Source of the DNA: Ostreococcus lucimarinus
Taxonomy: Eukaryota
Reading direction: 5' to 3' (one strand)
NCBI GenBank assembly: GCA_000092065.1
Contig: CP000591.1
DNA length: 64,000 bases
Shown here: positions 27,875-37,875 of the stretch, piece by piece
Layout: each line of letters starts with the position of its first letter
Position numbering within the stretch: the stretch's first letter is position 1
Position numbers and translations under genes: made by a program
Notes under the pieces: generated by a model
Told to the model about the DNA's origin: nothing
Databases searched by the model: none
The model's input: the letters and a program-made list of their open reading frames with translations, nothing else

Positions 27875-30874
27875 ATGATCGCATCCTCGCTTGGCGTCGC
27901 CCGAACGTCGTTCGAGCCGCGTCAGAGCGCCGCGGAACGACGAATACGACGCGTTTCTGCGCACCAGTCCACAACCCCCGAAGGCGTTCGCGGATGCGTC
28001 GTCGTGCGACGCCACCGCGGGCGTTCGAGCTCGCGTTGCGTCGCGCGCGCGGTGCATTACGCATGTGATGACGCCACGCCGTCGTGCGTCGCGCGCGATG
28101 CGCACGCGTGCGGACGAAATGGTGCGAGATACGATCCACTCAGGTTGTTGCTTCGGGACGGGACGTCCACGCGCGAGACGACGCGGCGACTGGTGCGATG
28201 TGTGCGATGCGGCGCCGCGGGCGAGAGTCGCGAAAAGAATGAGATGGTAGCGTCGAGCTGTGGGAAAGCGGACGAACGCGTGCGAGGGAAGGTGCGGCGA
28301 GCGTTGCTCGCGAGCGCGGCGAGCGCGGGCGGGTTCGCGGGACGCGCGGGAGCGTTATCGGGAGACGGCGGTTCTGGAGGCGCGGTGGGCGATGGTGGTG
28401 GGGGCGACGACGGTGGTTCGTTCGGTTCAAGTGGAGATAAACCCATATTTGCGTCCAGTGGTCGAAGTGGAGATGGAATTTTGGAGGAAGTGGTGATGCT
28501 TGACGTGCACGGCATGCACTGCGGCGGATGCGCGGCGAGCGTGCGGAAAATCTTGGAGGGCGATGACGCCGTGCGAAGCGCGTCGGTGAATTTGGCCAAT
28601 GAGTCCGCCATGGTACGCATTAATTTAGCGATGGGCAAGCTTGAGGGAGGTGAATTTGAAAATGCCGTGAAGGAGGCGGCAAAGAGTGTCGGCACCAAGT
28701 TGGCTGAGCTCGTCACTGCCGCAGGGTTCCCGACGTCTCTGCGCGACGCTGGTGGAGTCGCTGTTGCGGGAGTTACGGGTGCCGAGGCGACGAAACTAAA
28801 GAGAGACGAACGTTTGCGACGGATTAAAGAAAGCACGCAGCGCGTGATCGTGGCTTGGGCTCTCGCGAGCGCGTGCTTGTTGGGACACGTTTCACATTTT
28901 TTCCACGCGAGCGCGCCGTGGCTCAGAGTCTTGCACAGTAATCCCGTTCACATCACGCTCTCGCTCTTTGCCATGGCAGGACCAGGGCGTCAGATTTTGA
29001 TTGATGGCTGGCAAAGTTTGCGACGAGGAGGTCCGAATATGAACACGTTGGTATCCCTCGGAGCCATGGCATCTTTTTCGATGAGCACGGCGGCCATGAT
29101 GCTCCCAGGCTTAGGTTGGCCCACGTTCTTCGAGGAGCCCGTCATGTTACTAGCATTCGTACTTCTTGGGAGAGCAGTCGAGGAACGTGCCAAGCTTCAA
29201 GCAACGAGTGATATGTCTGCGCTACTGAATCTAGTGCCAGAGACCGCTCGCTTGGTGTCATCGACTTCCACGGCAAACGGAGATGAGCCATACTATCGTA
29301 CAGTTCCGACGTCTGTCATCGAAGTAAAGGATAAAATCATCGTTTTACCTGGAGATAGAATTCCCATCGATGGCACGGTAGTGAGTGGATGCAGTACGGT
29401 GGATGAAGCCGCCATCACTGGCGAGCCAATCCCTCGGCCGAAAAAAGCCGGCGACACGGTAGCGGCGGGAACAGTGAACTGTGATGGCGTTTTGACGATT
29501 GAAGTCGTGTCTTCAGGAGAAGAAACGCAAGTAGCTGGTATCGTTCGCATGGTGGAGTCAGCGCAACAACGCGAAGCGCCAGTGCAGCGACTTGCAGATC
29601 AAGTCTCTGGCAAGTTTGTGTACGGTGTGATGGCAGCGAGCGCGGCGACGTTCACGTTTTGGAGCACCGTCGGCACGAAAGTCTTCCCCGGTGTTCTTGC
29701 GACAGCTGCTTCGGCAACTAATGCACCAATTTTGATTGCACTTCAAATGACGGCGTCAGTCTTAGTCGTTGCGTGCCCGTGTGCTCTTGGTTTGGCGACG
29801 CCGACGGCGGTACTCGTCGGCACGGCGCTCGGCGCCCGCCATGGCCTTCTCATTCGCGGTGGAGACATCTTAGAAAAAGCCAACAATTTAGACACCGTTA
29901 TTTTCGACAAAACTGGAACGTTGACTATTGGTAAACCAGTATTGACGGAAACGCGCACAAGCGGGGGCTTTAGCGACGCTGAAATCATCGCTCTTGCGGG
30001 AGCGGTCGAGCGAAACTGTCGCCACCCGTTGGCGTTAGCCATCACCGAAGCGGCTGATAAGCAAGGAATTCCCCGGCATTCAGTTGATGAAGGAACGTTC
30101 AAGCAGGAGCCCGGCGCTGGAGCGAGTGCTGTGGTGAATAAGAAGCTGGTTTCCGTCGGCACAACCTTCTACATTCAAGGCAACAATACCGTGCCGATGG
30201 AGCTGATCAATGCCGTGGACAACCCAGGTCGCACGCCGGTGTACGTCGGAATCGATGGCAAAATCGTGGGTGTTTTAGAGATGCAAGACGAAATTCGTAA
30301 GGACGCGGCCGAAACCATCAAGCGACTTCATGCGAAGAATATACAAACTATCATGATTTCGGGCGACAGGCTTGAAACGGCCCAAGCAGTAGGCAAACTC
30401 GTGGGCATCGATGAAAAGTACGTATACGGGGATGTACGACCCGAGGGAAAAGCTGAACTCGTACAAGACTTTCAGTCGAAGGGCAAATGCGTCGCAATGG
30501 TCGGTGATGGTATCAACGACGCCGCAGCTTTGGCACAGGCAGACATCGGCATCGCCATGGCGGGCGGCGTCGGCGCCGCAAGCGAAGTCGCTTCCATCGT
30601 CTTGCTCGGCGATAGATTACCGCAAGTCGGCGATGCGATCGACTTGAGCAGAGCAACGTTTAACAAAATTAAGCAGAATCTGTGTTGGGCTTTTGGGTAC
30701 AACCTGATCGGTATTCCGATAGCCGCTGGCGCTTTATTGCCAGCATATGGATTGTCGCTCACGCCATCCGTGGCGGGCGCCATCATGGGATTTTCATCCC
30801 TTGGTGTCATGGGGAACTCTTTACTTTTGAAACTAAAAGGTCGAGAGCTTTCGAAGGCCGAGGAAGATGATTAA
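27875..30874 (+). CDS. Copper-transporting P1B-type ATPase (PAA/HMA, plastid-type) with a presequence and an HMA metal-binding domain
   Basis: An HMA domain (VHGMHCGGCAASVRKILE) is followed by an actuator TGEP motif, the CPC site (VACPCALGLATP), DKTGTLT, GDGINDAAAL and MAGG. Confidence 0.9.
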   Translation: MIASSLGVARTSFEPRQSAAERRIRRVSAHQSTTPEGVRGCVVVRRHRGRSSSRCVARAVHYACDDATPSCVARDAHACGRNGARYDPLRLLLRDGTSTRETTRRLVRCVRCGAAGESREKNEMVASSCGKADERVRGKVRRALLASAASAGGFAGRAGALSGDGGSGGAVGDGGGGDDGGSFGSSGDKPIFASSGRSGDGILEEVVMLDVHGMHCGGCAASVRKILEGDDAVRSASVNLANESAMVRINLAMGKLEGGEFENAVKEAAKSVGTKLAELVTAAGFPTSLRDAGGVAVAGVTGAEATKLKRDERLRRIKESTQRVIVAWALASACLLGHVSHFFHASAPWLRVLHSNPVHITLSLFAMAGPGRQILIDGWQSLRRGGPNMNTLVSLGAMASFSMSTAAMMLPGLGWPTFFEEPVMLLAFVLLGRAVEERAKLQATSDMSALLNLVPETARLVSSTSTANGDEPYYRTVPTSVIEVKDKIIVLPGDRIPIDGTVVSGCSTVDEAAITGEPIPRPKKAGDTVAAGTVNCDGVLTIEVVSSGEETQVAGIVRMVESAQQREAPVQRLADQVSGKFVYGVMAASAATFTFWSTVGTKVFPGVLATAASATNAPILIALQMTASVLVVACPCALGLATPTAVLVGTALGARHGLLIRGGDILEKANNLDTVIFDKTGTLTIGKPVLTETRTSGGFSDAEIIALAGAVERNCRHPLALAITEAADKQGIPRHSVDEGTFKQEPGAGASAVVNKKLVSVGTTFYIQGNNTVPMELINAVDNPGRTPVYVGIDGKIVGVLEMQDEIRKDAAETIKRLHAKNIQTIMISGDRLETAQAVGKLVGIDEKYVYGDVRPEGKAELVQDFQSKGKCVAMVGDGINDAAALAQADIGIAMAGGVGAASEVASIVLLGDRLPQVGDAIDLSRATFNKIKQNLCWAFGYNLIGIPIAAGALLPAYGLSLTPSVAGAIMGFSSLGVMGNSLLLKLKGRELSKAEEDD

Positions 30875-30949
30875 GACAAGTAGAACTCTTAGGATACTGT
30901 TGTAGCAGCAATCAATTGAAATTATTTCTAAGTTGGTGAGCAAACTCCA

Positions 30950-31816
30950 CTACTTTTGCGCTTGAGCGAAGAACTCCTTTCCGCGATCTTCGATCTCCTT
31001 CAAGTATTCCGCCTGCACGCGCTGCGCGTACGATCCGTTCGGAAGATTCAGCACCACACCCTCCATGCGTCGCTGCAGATCCTTCGCGAACGCCGTCTCG
31101 TTGTAGCCTTCATTGGAAATTTCGGCAAAGCTTGTCGGCCACGCCTCGGCATTGGAGCGAATCACCTTGTCGAGCGCGGAAGACTTCTCATCCAGCTCGC
31201 GCGCGGCGTACAATTGCAACAATCTTTGCAAAATATGCACCATACCATCGAGTCCGTTCTCGTCAGACTTACGAATCCACGCGTAGAGCGTGTTCAACGT
31301 GCGCTCATCCACCGTCACCGCTTGGAGCTCATTGCGCATGCGCTCCAACGCGTCGGCTCGCAGAGGCACGTCGAATTCCCCCGAAGACGGGTCCGCGGCC
31401 GCCCCGACGACTCTTTGCAAGCTCTCGCTCGCCTCCTCCATCGTGCTCTCGGTCTTCTCAACCATAGCCTCGATGAGTTTCATGCACTTGGTCGCCGTGT
31501 CCATGATTTTCGTCTTCGTCGCGCTCTCCGTCGCCGTGTCGCTCCTCGACGCGAATCGCATCCACATCTTTTGATCAAACATCAGCACGTTCTCGACGAC
31601 AATCTTCCCTAACTCCTCTTCGCTCGCGCTCGCGAGCATGAGATCGATCACGGCGTCCATCGCCGCGAGTTCGCTCACCGCGTTGTCCTTCCCGGCGGCG
31701 TGCGCGACGACGAACCGTTTCGTCGTCTTCGTTCGCATCGCGCGCGCCGCGCCCCGTCTCGCGCGCGTCGCCGTCGCCGTCGGCGTCTTCACCGCGCGCG
31801 TCGCCATCGTCGTCAT
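30950..31816 (-). CDS. Hypothetical protein (288 aa) with a Thr/Arg-rich N-terminus
   Basis: This is the 3' part of the ORF-track ORF 30950..32404. The start was set at the ATG at 31816 (MTTMATRAV), because the upstream part overlaps the opposite-strand SAT gene. It is a helical acidic protein and no family was recognised. Confidence 0.4.
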   Translation of the reverse strand: MTTMATRAVKTPTATATRARRGAARAMRTKTTKRFVVAHAAGKDNAVSELAAMDAVIDLMLASASEEELGKIVVENVLMFDQKMWMRFASRSDTATESATKTKIMDTATKCMKLIEAMVEKTESTMEEASESLQRVVGAAADPSSGEFDVPLRADALERMRNELQAVTVDERTLNTLYAWIRKSDENGLDGMVHILQRLLQLYAARELDEKSSALDKVIRSNAEAWPTSFAEISNEGYNETAFAKDLQRRMEGVVLNLPNGSYAQRVQAEYLKEIEDRGKEFFAQAQK

Positions 31817-32036
31817 CGCGCGTCGCGTCGCGCGGCGCCTTCTGACGTCCGGCGGCGTCGCTTTATCCGCAGCGACGTCGACGCGCGAGGCGCGGCGCGG
31901 CGAGCGCACAGCGCGACGCGACGCGACGCGGGCGAGCGAGCGCACAGCGCGCGCGACGGACGGACCCGACGCGCGGCCGTCGACGACGAAGGAAGGCAAG
32001 AGACGGAGAGGTCGACGCGCGCGCGAACGACCGCCC

Positions 32037-32849
32037 ATGGCGTCGACGTCGAAATCGCCGCGTGATGATCCCATATGGACGTCCCTGCGCGCCGGCGCGC
32101 AGGCGTTGGTGGATAAAGAACCGTTGATGGGTGGGTTCGTGTACGCCACGATCCTGAACCAACCGACGTTCGAGCGCGCGTTGGGGTTCTTGTTGGCTTC
32201 TAAAATTGCAAACGCCACGATACTCGCGGGGCAGTGGAACGATTTGATTATGGATGCCATGAACGCGACGAACGAGGGAAAAAATCGAGAATATAACGGA
32301 CCTGGAACGGGTTCGATCGGGGACGCCGCGCGAGCGGACCTCAAGGCGATCGTCGAACGCGATCCAGCGTGCCCGTCGTACACGCACGCGTTTTGCTTCT
32401 TCAAAGGGTTTCAGGGACTGCAGGCGCAACGCGTGGCACACTGGCTTTGGGGACATCAGCGAAAAGTTTTGGCGTGTAAGATGCAAAGCTTGATTTCAGA
32501 GGTGTACGGGATGGATCTTCACCCGGCGGCGAGATTCGGGCGAGGGATCATGATCGACCACGGGCACGGAGTCGTCGTCGGCGAGACGGCGGTCGTGGAC
32601 GACGATTGCACGCTCTTGCACGGGGTGACCTTGGGGGGGACAGGGAAAGTGCGAGGTGATAGACATCCAAAGCTCGGCAAGCGCGTCGTCGTCGGGTCGA
32701 ACGCAAGCGTACTCGGGAATATTAAAGTTGGGCACGACTGCAAAATTGGCGCGGGCGCCGCCCTCATGCACGACTTACCACCGAGAACAACAGTCGTTGG
32801 TCACAAAGGACGCGTGGTGACGAAGAAGCAGATAACATCGAAGCTTTAA
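32037..32849 (+). CDS. SAT: Serine O-acetyltransferase (left-handed beta-helix hexapeptide acyltransferase)
   Basis: The SAT N-domain (DPIWTSLRAGAQALVDKEPLMGGFVYATILNQPTFERALGFLLASK) and the hexapeptide core (ERDPACPSYTHAFCFFKGFQGLQAQRVAHWLW, HPAARFGRGIMIDHGHGVVVGETAVV, GGTGKVRGDRHPKLG) are present. The start was set at MASTSK (about 32037, within 1 nt). Confidence 0.8.
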   Translation: MASTSKSPRDDPIWTSLRAGAQALVDKEPLMGGFVYATILNQPTFERALGFLLASKIANATILAGQWNDLIMDAMNATNEGKNREYNGPGTGSIGDAARADLKAIVERDPACPSYTHAFCFFKGFQGLQAQRVAHWLWGHQRKVLACKMQSLISEVYGMDLHPAARFGRGIMIDHGHGVVVGETAVVDDDCTLLHGVTLGGTGKVRGDRHPKLGKRVVVGSNASVLGNIKVGHDCKIGAGAALMHDLPPRTTVVGHKGRVVTKKQITSKL

Positions 32850-32942
32850 TCGGCGCTAGTTATTCCTAAATCTATTAGTTCGTAGCCTAACATAACCTAT
32901 TTTTCATGTAATTGTACATACCACTGACTGCTTTCATTTTGC

Positions 32943-35858
32943 TCATTTCAAATGATCCGCGTTTGGTTCGGCACTGACGTTCTCCCACGCAAGATTACCT
33001 CCCGGGCGCCGCACTGTCCCTTGTAGCCAAAATTCGGCCTTCTCGCTGATTTTCGATCTTGCGCTGAGCGTAGACGCTCCACTCGCTAAAGTTTTCCACG
33101 CGTTCACATCGCCAAGCTTGCCGCGCGCTGGTCCTCCAATGGCCCGCTTCAGGCGCACGCAGACGACGCCGGCCAGGGTTTTGGAATCAATGAACTCCGT
33201 CATTGGAACCATCTTCGACGAAACGTCCCAAAACGGTAGTTTTGGGATGGCTGGCAACCACTGTGGCACTTCGCTCCTCCAGATGACAGAGAACAGAGCG
33301 ATGAGACGGTCCACGAGCGATTCGCCCGCAAATGATTCGGCTACCAAATCTTCCTCAGACTCCTCGACGATCGTTTTACCGATAAATGAGTCGAGGACTT
33401 CGACAATGAGCTGCAAAAAATCATCTTTGAGTTCATTGGACATGAGCACGTAACCAATCAACGGGATGAGTGTTAGAATCTGCACCCAAATGAGGAGTAG
33501 TTTGTGCGAAACGTCTCGCGTCGACAGAGCCAATTCTTTGAGCTGTTGAATCGCACCCTTGACGATTCCTATCGCCGCGTCACGCTTGCGTTTGACGATA
33601 TTATGTAGTAAACATAGCCGAAATTCGACAAGGCTCTGAGCGATTTCCCATCGACGCGCAGCGTTTGAGTCATCCCAGTAAGCACCTTGAAGTACGCCGT
33701 CAACATTCGCATCATCGCAAACTCTGCCACCGACGTACGAAAGGACATCCGTTGTGACGTCGTCGCCTATTCCACCCACGAGTTCGGCAAGTAATCTGAC
33801 TCGAGAGGGCTTTAGCACTAGCGCACCGACAACAACTCGCGAAAAGACTGAGTGCGCATCTCGCGAACATTTGAATTCATCGTGCACACACTTCAATTCC
33901 TCCAGCTTGGAAAGCAAATCAGCGTAGGTGACCGCGTGAAACAATTCAAGCAGTCGCTTTTCCTCGTCTGTAGAGATTTCAAAATGCTTTGACACATCTG
34001 CCGTAGAGTGAGGCGGGGTGAGCGCCCTCGATATTGTGGCGTCTGACATTTCATTCGCCGATTCGAGGAGTTGTTTCAGAGTGCGCACCATCGAGTCGTC
34101 CAGTTTGGACTCTCGCTCGTCATTGTTTCGCACGATCTGGCTCATGTATTCGCGAAACGCCGCGAGCGATTTCTGCGACGCGCCTGAATCTTTGTGCTCG
34201 ACGATACCCTCCACCATAATGAAATTCAACAACTGAGAAAGGTCCACGACTTTGCCCCACAGCAACTCAATCAGCAGTTCTGAGATGCACTTGGTGTAAT
34301 CTTCACGCGCTACTATCATGGTTCTTTCTTTGATCCAGTCAAACACGTATATATTTAATCTAGAAGAAGTTTCCGCGAGTTCGACGAAAAAGATTCGTAC
34401 CGCTGTGCGACGCTTCATTGCCTCGTCTTCCGAAACATCCATGCACCAATCGCACGAAGTCTTCACCATAGACTTCATCGCAAGCTCTTCACTTTCCTCT
34501 CGATCAATGTACTTTCGCGCGATCGTACGCGACGCTACTTGGTCTAGATTACTTTCCAGCAACTTGTGTAACGTCTCAATAAGATTTCGGGCCTTTATGG
34601 TGATCAATTCTGGGCTCGCCGCTTGCGCGAGCGATTTCACGCGATTGTCGACGTCGTCGAGCACACTGCACAGTCGTTGTGACAACGGCATTTTCTTTCT
34701 CTGAAAGTCACGCCGCAAATTAGTGATGATGTTCAGGCCTCCGTCCCGCGGTGCGGCGACGAACGCATCCATATTCGCGGCGGCGACGGAGGCCACGACA
34801 TCACTTAAGCTTATCACGAGATACTTGTCCGACTGTCCCCTCTCTTTCAAAATCTCCTGTAAACACCACGAGACTCTGTCCACCAGACCAACTGAATCTG
34901 CGTGCGACTTTGAAGCCTGAGGCACGAGCGTGCGTAAAGCTGGGCTCAGCGCCCGAGCAAAATCATGAGCGCTTCCAGTTCTCTGCCGCTTTTGTTCATT
35001 CATAAATCGCAGAAACTCGTGCAAGTACTTTTGCTGATCCACCAAGTCTTCCTCGACTGAATAGTTCGCTAACGCTAGGACGTACTTTAATTCCGTCTCG
35101 ACACCTTCGCCACTTTGTGCCACCATTTCCTCGTCGCGCAATACATCGAAGATGTGCGCGAGTAAGTCCTCCGTCCACGCGCGTCGACACGCGTCAAAAT
35201 CTCGTTTACACTGCGATAGATAGTTCACCTTCACCATCCACATCGCGCGATGAATCGGAACGTTGTACCCATGCAAGGTTTCAAACAAATTTCGCTTCCG
35301 CACGCCGTGTGGCACGCGTCGCTCGAGCGCGTGCAATCCGACGTCGCTCGCCAAATCCCGAAAAAACGCCGCCGACTCCTCCGCGCGCGCGTGCACCAAC
35401 TCGGGCGCGCTCCACGTCTTCAACGCCTCCCCGCGTAACTCCACGTCGTAACTCCCATCATCTCTCCGTCCTCGTTTCGGCACTCTGCGCGTTTCCTTCG
35501 CCCCCTCGTTCGCATTCGCTCGTATCGCTTTCAGCGTCTCGCTCGTCGCCATTCGCGTCAACATCTCTTGCAGCGCTCGCGGCGACATAAACGTCCCGTC
35601 ATCGAACGTCGTCTTCCCATCGATCGTCTTCACCGTCCGCGCGATTCGCCACTCGCGATGCTTTTCTTCGTCGTACCCTCGTCTCACCAGCTCTCGCGTC
35701 AGTTTTTCGCTCGGAAATCGCGTCCCGTCTCGCGCCTCCGCGCGCGTCCTCGGCGGCGGTTCGACGTGCGCGCGCACGGGTCGACCGAGCGCGATCGCGG
35801 GTCGCGACGACGACGACGCGCGCGCGCGCGTCGTCGTCGTTTCGCGCGGTTTCGTCAT
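32943..35858 (-). CDS. Mediator complex subunit 12 (MED12)-like protein, short form
   Basis: The MED12 N-domain signature LFETLHGYNVPIHRAMWMVKVNYL matches [22 protein letters not shown], and a long helical body follows. The start was put at the ATG at 35858 (MTKPRE). The upstream ORF-track extension to 36416 overlaps the Toc64-like gene. Confidence 0.45.
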   Translation of the reverse strand: MTKPRETTTTRARASSSSRPAIALGRPVRAHVEPPPRTRAEARDGTRFPSEKLTRELVRRGYDEEKHREWRIARTVKTIDGKTTFDDGTFMSPRALQEMLTRMATSETLKAIRANANEGAKETRRVPKRGRRDDGSYDVELRGEALKTWSAPELVHARAEESAAFFRDLASDVGLHALERRVPHGVRKRNLFETLHGYNVPIHRAMWMVKVNYLSQCKRDFDACRRAWTEDLLAHIFDVLRDEEMVAQSGEGVETELKYVLALANYSVEEDLVDQQKYLHEFLRFMNEQKRQRTGSAHDFARALSPALRTLVPQASKSHADSVGLVDRVSWCLQEILKERGQSDKYLVISLSDVVASVAAANMDAFVAAPRDGGLNIITNLRRDFQRKKMPLSQRLCSVLDDVDNRVKSLAQAASPELITIKARNLIETLHKLLESNLDQVASRTIARKYIDREESEELAMKSMVKTSCDWCMDVSEDEAMKRRTAVRIFFVELAETSSRLNIYVFDWIKERTMIVAREDYTKCISELLIELLWGKVVDLSQLLNFIMVEGIVEHKDSGASQKSLAAFREYMSQIVRNNDERESKLDDSMVRTLKQLLESANEMSDATISRALTPPHSTADVSKHFEISTDEEKRLLELFHAVTYADLLSKLEELKCVHDEFKCSRDAHSVFSRVVVGALVLKPSRVRLLAELVGGIGDDVTTDVLSYVGGRVCDDANVDGVLQGAYWDDSNAARRWEIAQSLVEFRLCLLHNIVKRKRDAAIGIVKGAIQQLKELALSTRDVSHKLLLIWVQILTLIPLIGYVLMSNELKDDFLQLIVEVLDSFIGKTIVEESEEDLVAESFAGESLVDRLIALFSVIWRSEVPQWLPAIPKLPFWDVSSKMVPMTEFIDSKTLAGVVCVRLKRAIGGPARGKLGDVNAWKTLASGASTLSARSKISEKAEFWLQGTVRRPGGNLAWENVSAEPNADHLK

Positions 35859-35921
35859 GTCCTCACGCGCGCATCGAGGGTCGTCGACAAAGTGACGACC
35901 GGGACGCATCGCGACATCCCG

Positions 35922-36147
35922 ATGGATCCATCGGGACGCCACGTCCAGCGGGACATCGCGACGACCATGGGGCGCGTCGCGCGAGGCGCGCGAGGCGCGG
36001 TGGCGGCGATCGTCGCCCTGGCGATCGAACTCGCGCGAAGGCGAAGGTCGAAACGGGCGACGACGACGACGACGACGATGGAAAAGACGACCGAGGCGGA
36101 CGAGCTCGGGGCGTTCGTCGAGGCTGCGGAAGATTTGAGCGAAAGGC

Positions 36148-36186
<39 letters not shown>

Positions 36187-37841
36187 ATCGACCGTTGAAG
36201 AACGTGAAGTTTGTGGTGAAAGATATATTTGATATCGAGGGACGACGATGCGGGTTCGGGTCGCCGGCGTTTAAGCGGACGGGAGGGAAAGGCGGGACGG
36301 CGGGCGCGAAGCGACACGCGCGGTGCGTGCGAACGCTCCTGGAGGCGGGAGCGAGCGCGGTGGGGATGACGACCATGGATGAGCTGGCGTACGCGATTAA
36401 TGGGGAGAACGCACACTATGGAACGCCTATAAACCCGCGAGCGCGAGCGTTAGTGCCGGGAGGGTCGTCCTCGGGATCGGCGGTGGCGTGCGCGGCGGCG
36501 CTTCGAGGATGCGAATTCGCGCTCGGGACGGATACCGGGGGATCGGTGCGAGTGCCGGCGTCGTATTGTGGGGTTTACGGGATACGCACGAGTCATGGAT
36601 CAGTATCTATGCGTGGTGTGCAAGCTTTGGCTCCGAGTTTTGACACCGTGGGGTGGTTTGCGCGATCAATAGATGTCTTGCAGCGCGTGGGAGACGTGTT
36701 GTTGCCAGAGCCCGACAAGCACGCGCCGACGGAACCGAGCCGCTGGCTTTTGCTGGAAGACGCTGTGAGTGCGAAACGCTCTACACCACACTCGCAGTGT
36801 GCTGCGGTTGCCGCGGTGACGGCGCTCCACGAGATTGCGCCGGCGGATTTCAAGCGAATGAATCTCACAGAGCACTTGCTCGTCGGTTGCCCAAAGTTCC
36901 GGTCGCTCGTAAACGGTCGCGAAGACTACGGCTTGGACTGCCTCAGAGAGATGGTTCGCGTGCTCATGGGGGCGGAAATCTGGGAAAATCTGGGAAAATG
37001 GTACACTGAGGAAAAGCCAAAGCTCGGTGCCGCGGTCAAGGCGAGGATGGAAGCCGCGTCAAAGCTCGACGCGGACGAAGTCGAACGCCTCAAGGAAGTG
37101 CGAGAGGAAGTGCGAGAAGAAGTGGATCGCATATTAGACGGTGGCGCCATATTCATACTTCCCACGACGCCTGGCAAGGCCCCTAAACGTGGTCAAAGCG
37201 ATCAGGCGACCGAATCTTGGCGAAGAAAGTGTTTTGAGCTGCTGTGCATCGCGAGCCTGTGCGGTTTGCCGCAGGTGTCGATACCTCTCGAGGCTCCAAA
37301 CATCGAAGGTCCGCAAGGGCTGTCACTAATCGCTGGATACCAAATGGACAAAATGTTGATCGGAGCCGCTCGTCAAATCGTTCCTGCGCTCGTCGAGGCG
37401 TATCCAGATATCCTAGAAGCTGAGTTAGAGCGCCTGAATCCACCCGAGGCTCCTGGCGAATCCGAAAAGACCAAAGGAAATGAAGCCCTGAAGCAGGGCA
37501 AGTATCAAGACGCGATCGAATATTACTCGGTGGCGATTGGAAAGAATCCTAAGAGCAAGATTTTCGTAGCAAACAGAGCCATGGCGCACCTAAAGCTTGG
37601 GAACTACCAGCTCGCCGAAGATGACTGCACTGAAGCCATCAAGCTTGATGCGCGGTACGTGAAGGCGTACCTTCGCCGGGCGGCGGCGAGGTCGGTGGCG
37701 GGGAACTATCTCGAAGCATTGATGGATTACGAAGAAGCGTTACGCTTCGAGCCTAACAACTCGGACGCGAAGAGAGAAGTGTATAGAATGAAAAAAATCA
37801 TAGGAATGGCCGATCCAGGCATGGACGTTGGCGATATGTAG
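35922..37841 (+). CDS. Amidase-signature protein with three C-terminal TPR repeats and an N-terminal membrane anchor (Toc64/OEP64-like)
   Basis: An N-terminal hydrophobic segment (AVAAIVALAIELA) is followed by the amidase signature (GGSSSGSAVACAAALRGCEFALGTDTGGSVRVPASYCGVYGIRTSHG). The C-terminal TPR motifs are KGNEALKQGKYQDAIEYYSVAI..., NRAMAHLKLGNYQLAEDDCTEAIKLD and RRAAARSVAGNYLEALMDYEEAL. Poly-Thr tracts are encoded by (GAC)n repeats at about 36056..36075 and 36150..36185. An alternative ATG lies at 35967. Confidence 0.7.
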
Positions 37842-37875
37842 AGCTCGATACAGTCAGTTGCAATTAATAAGTGAA

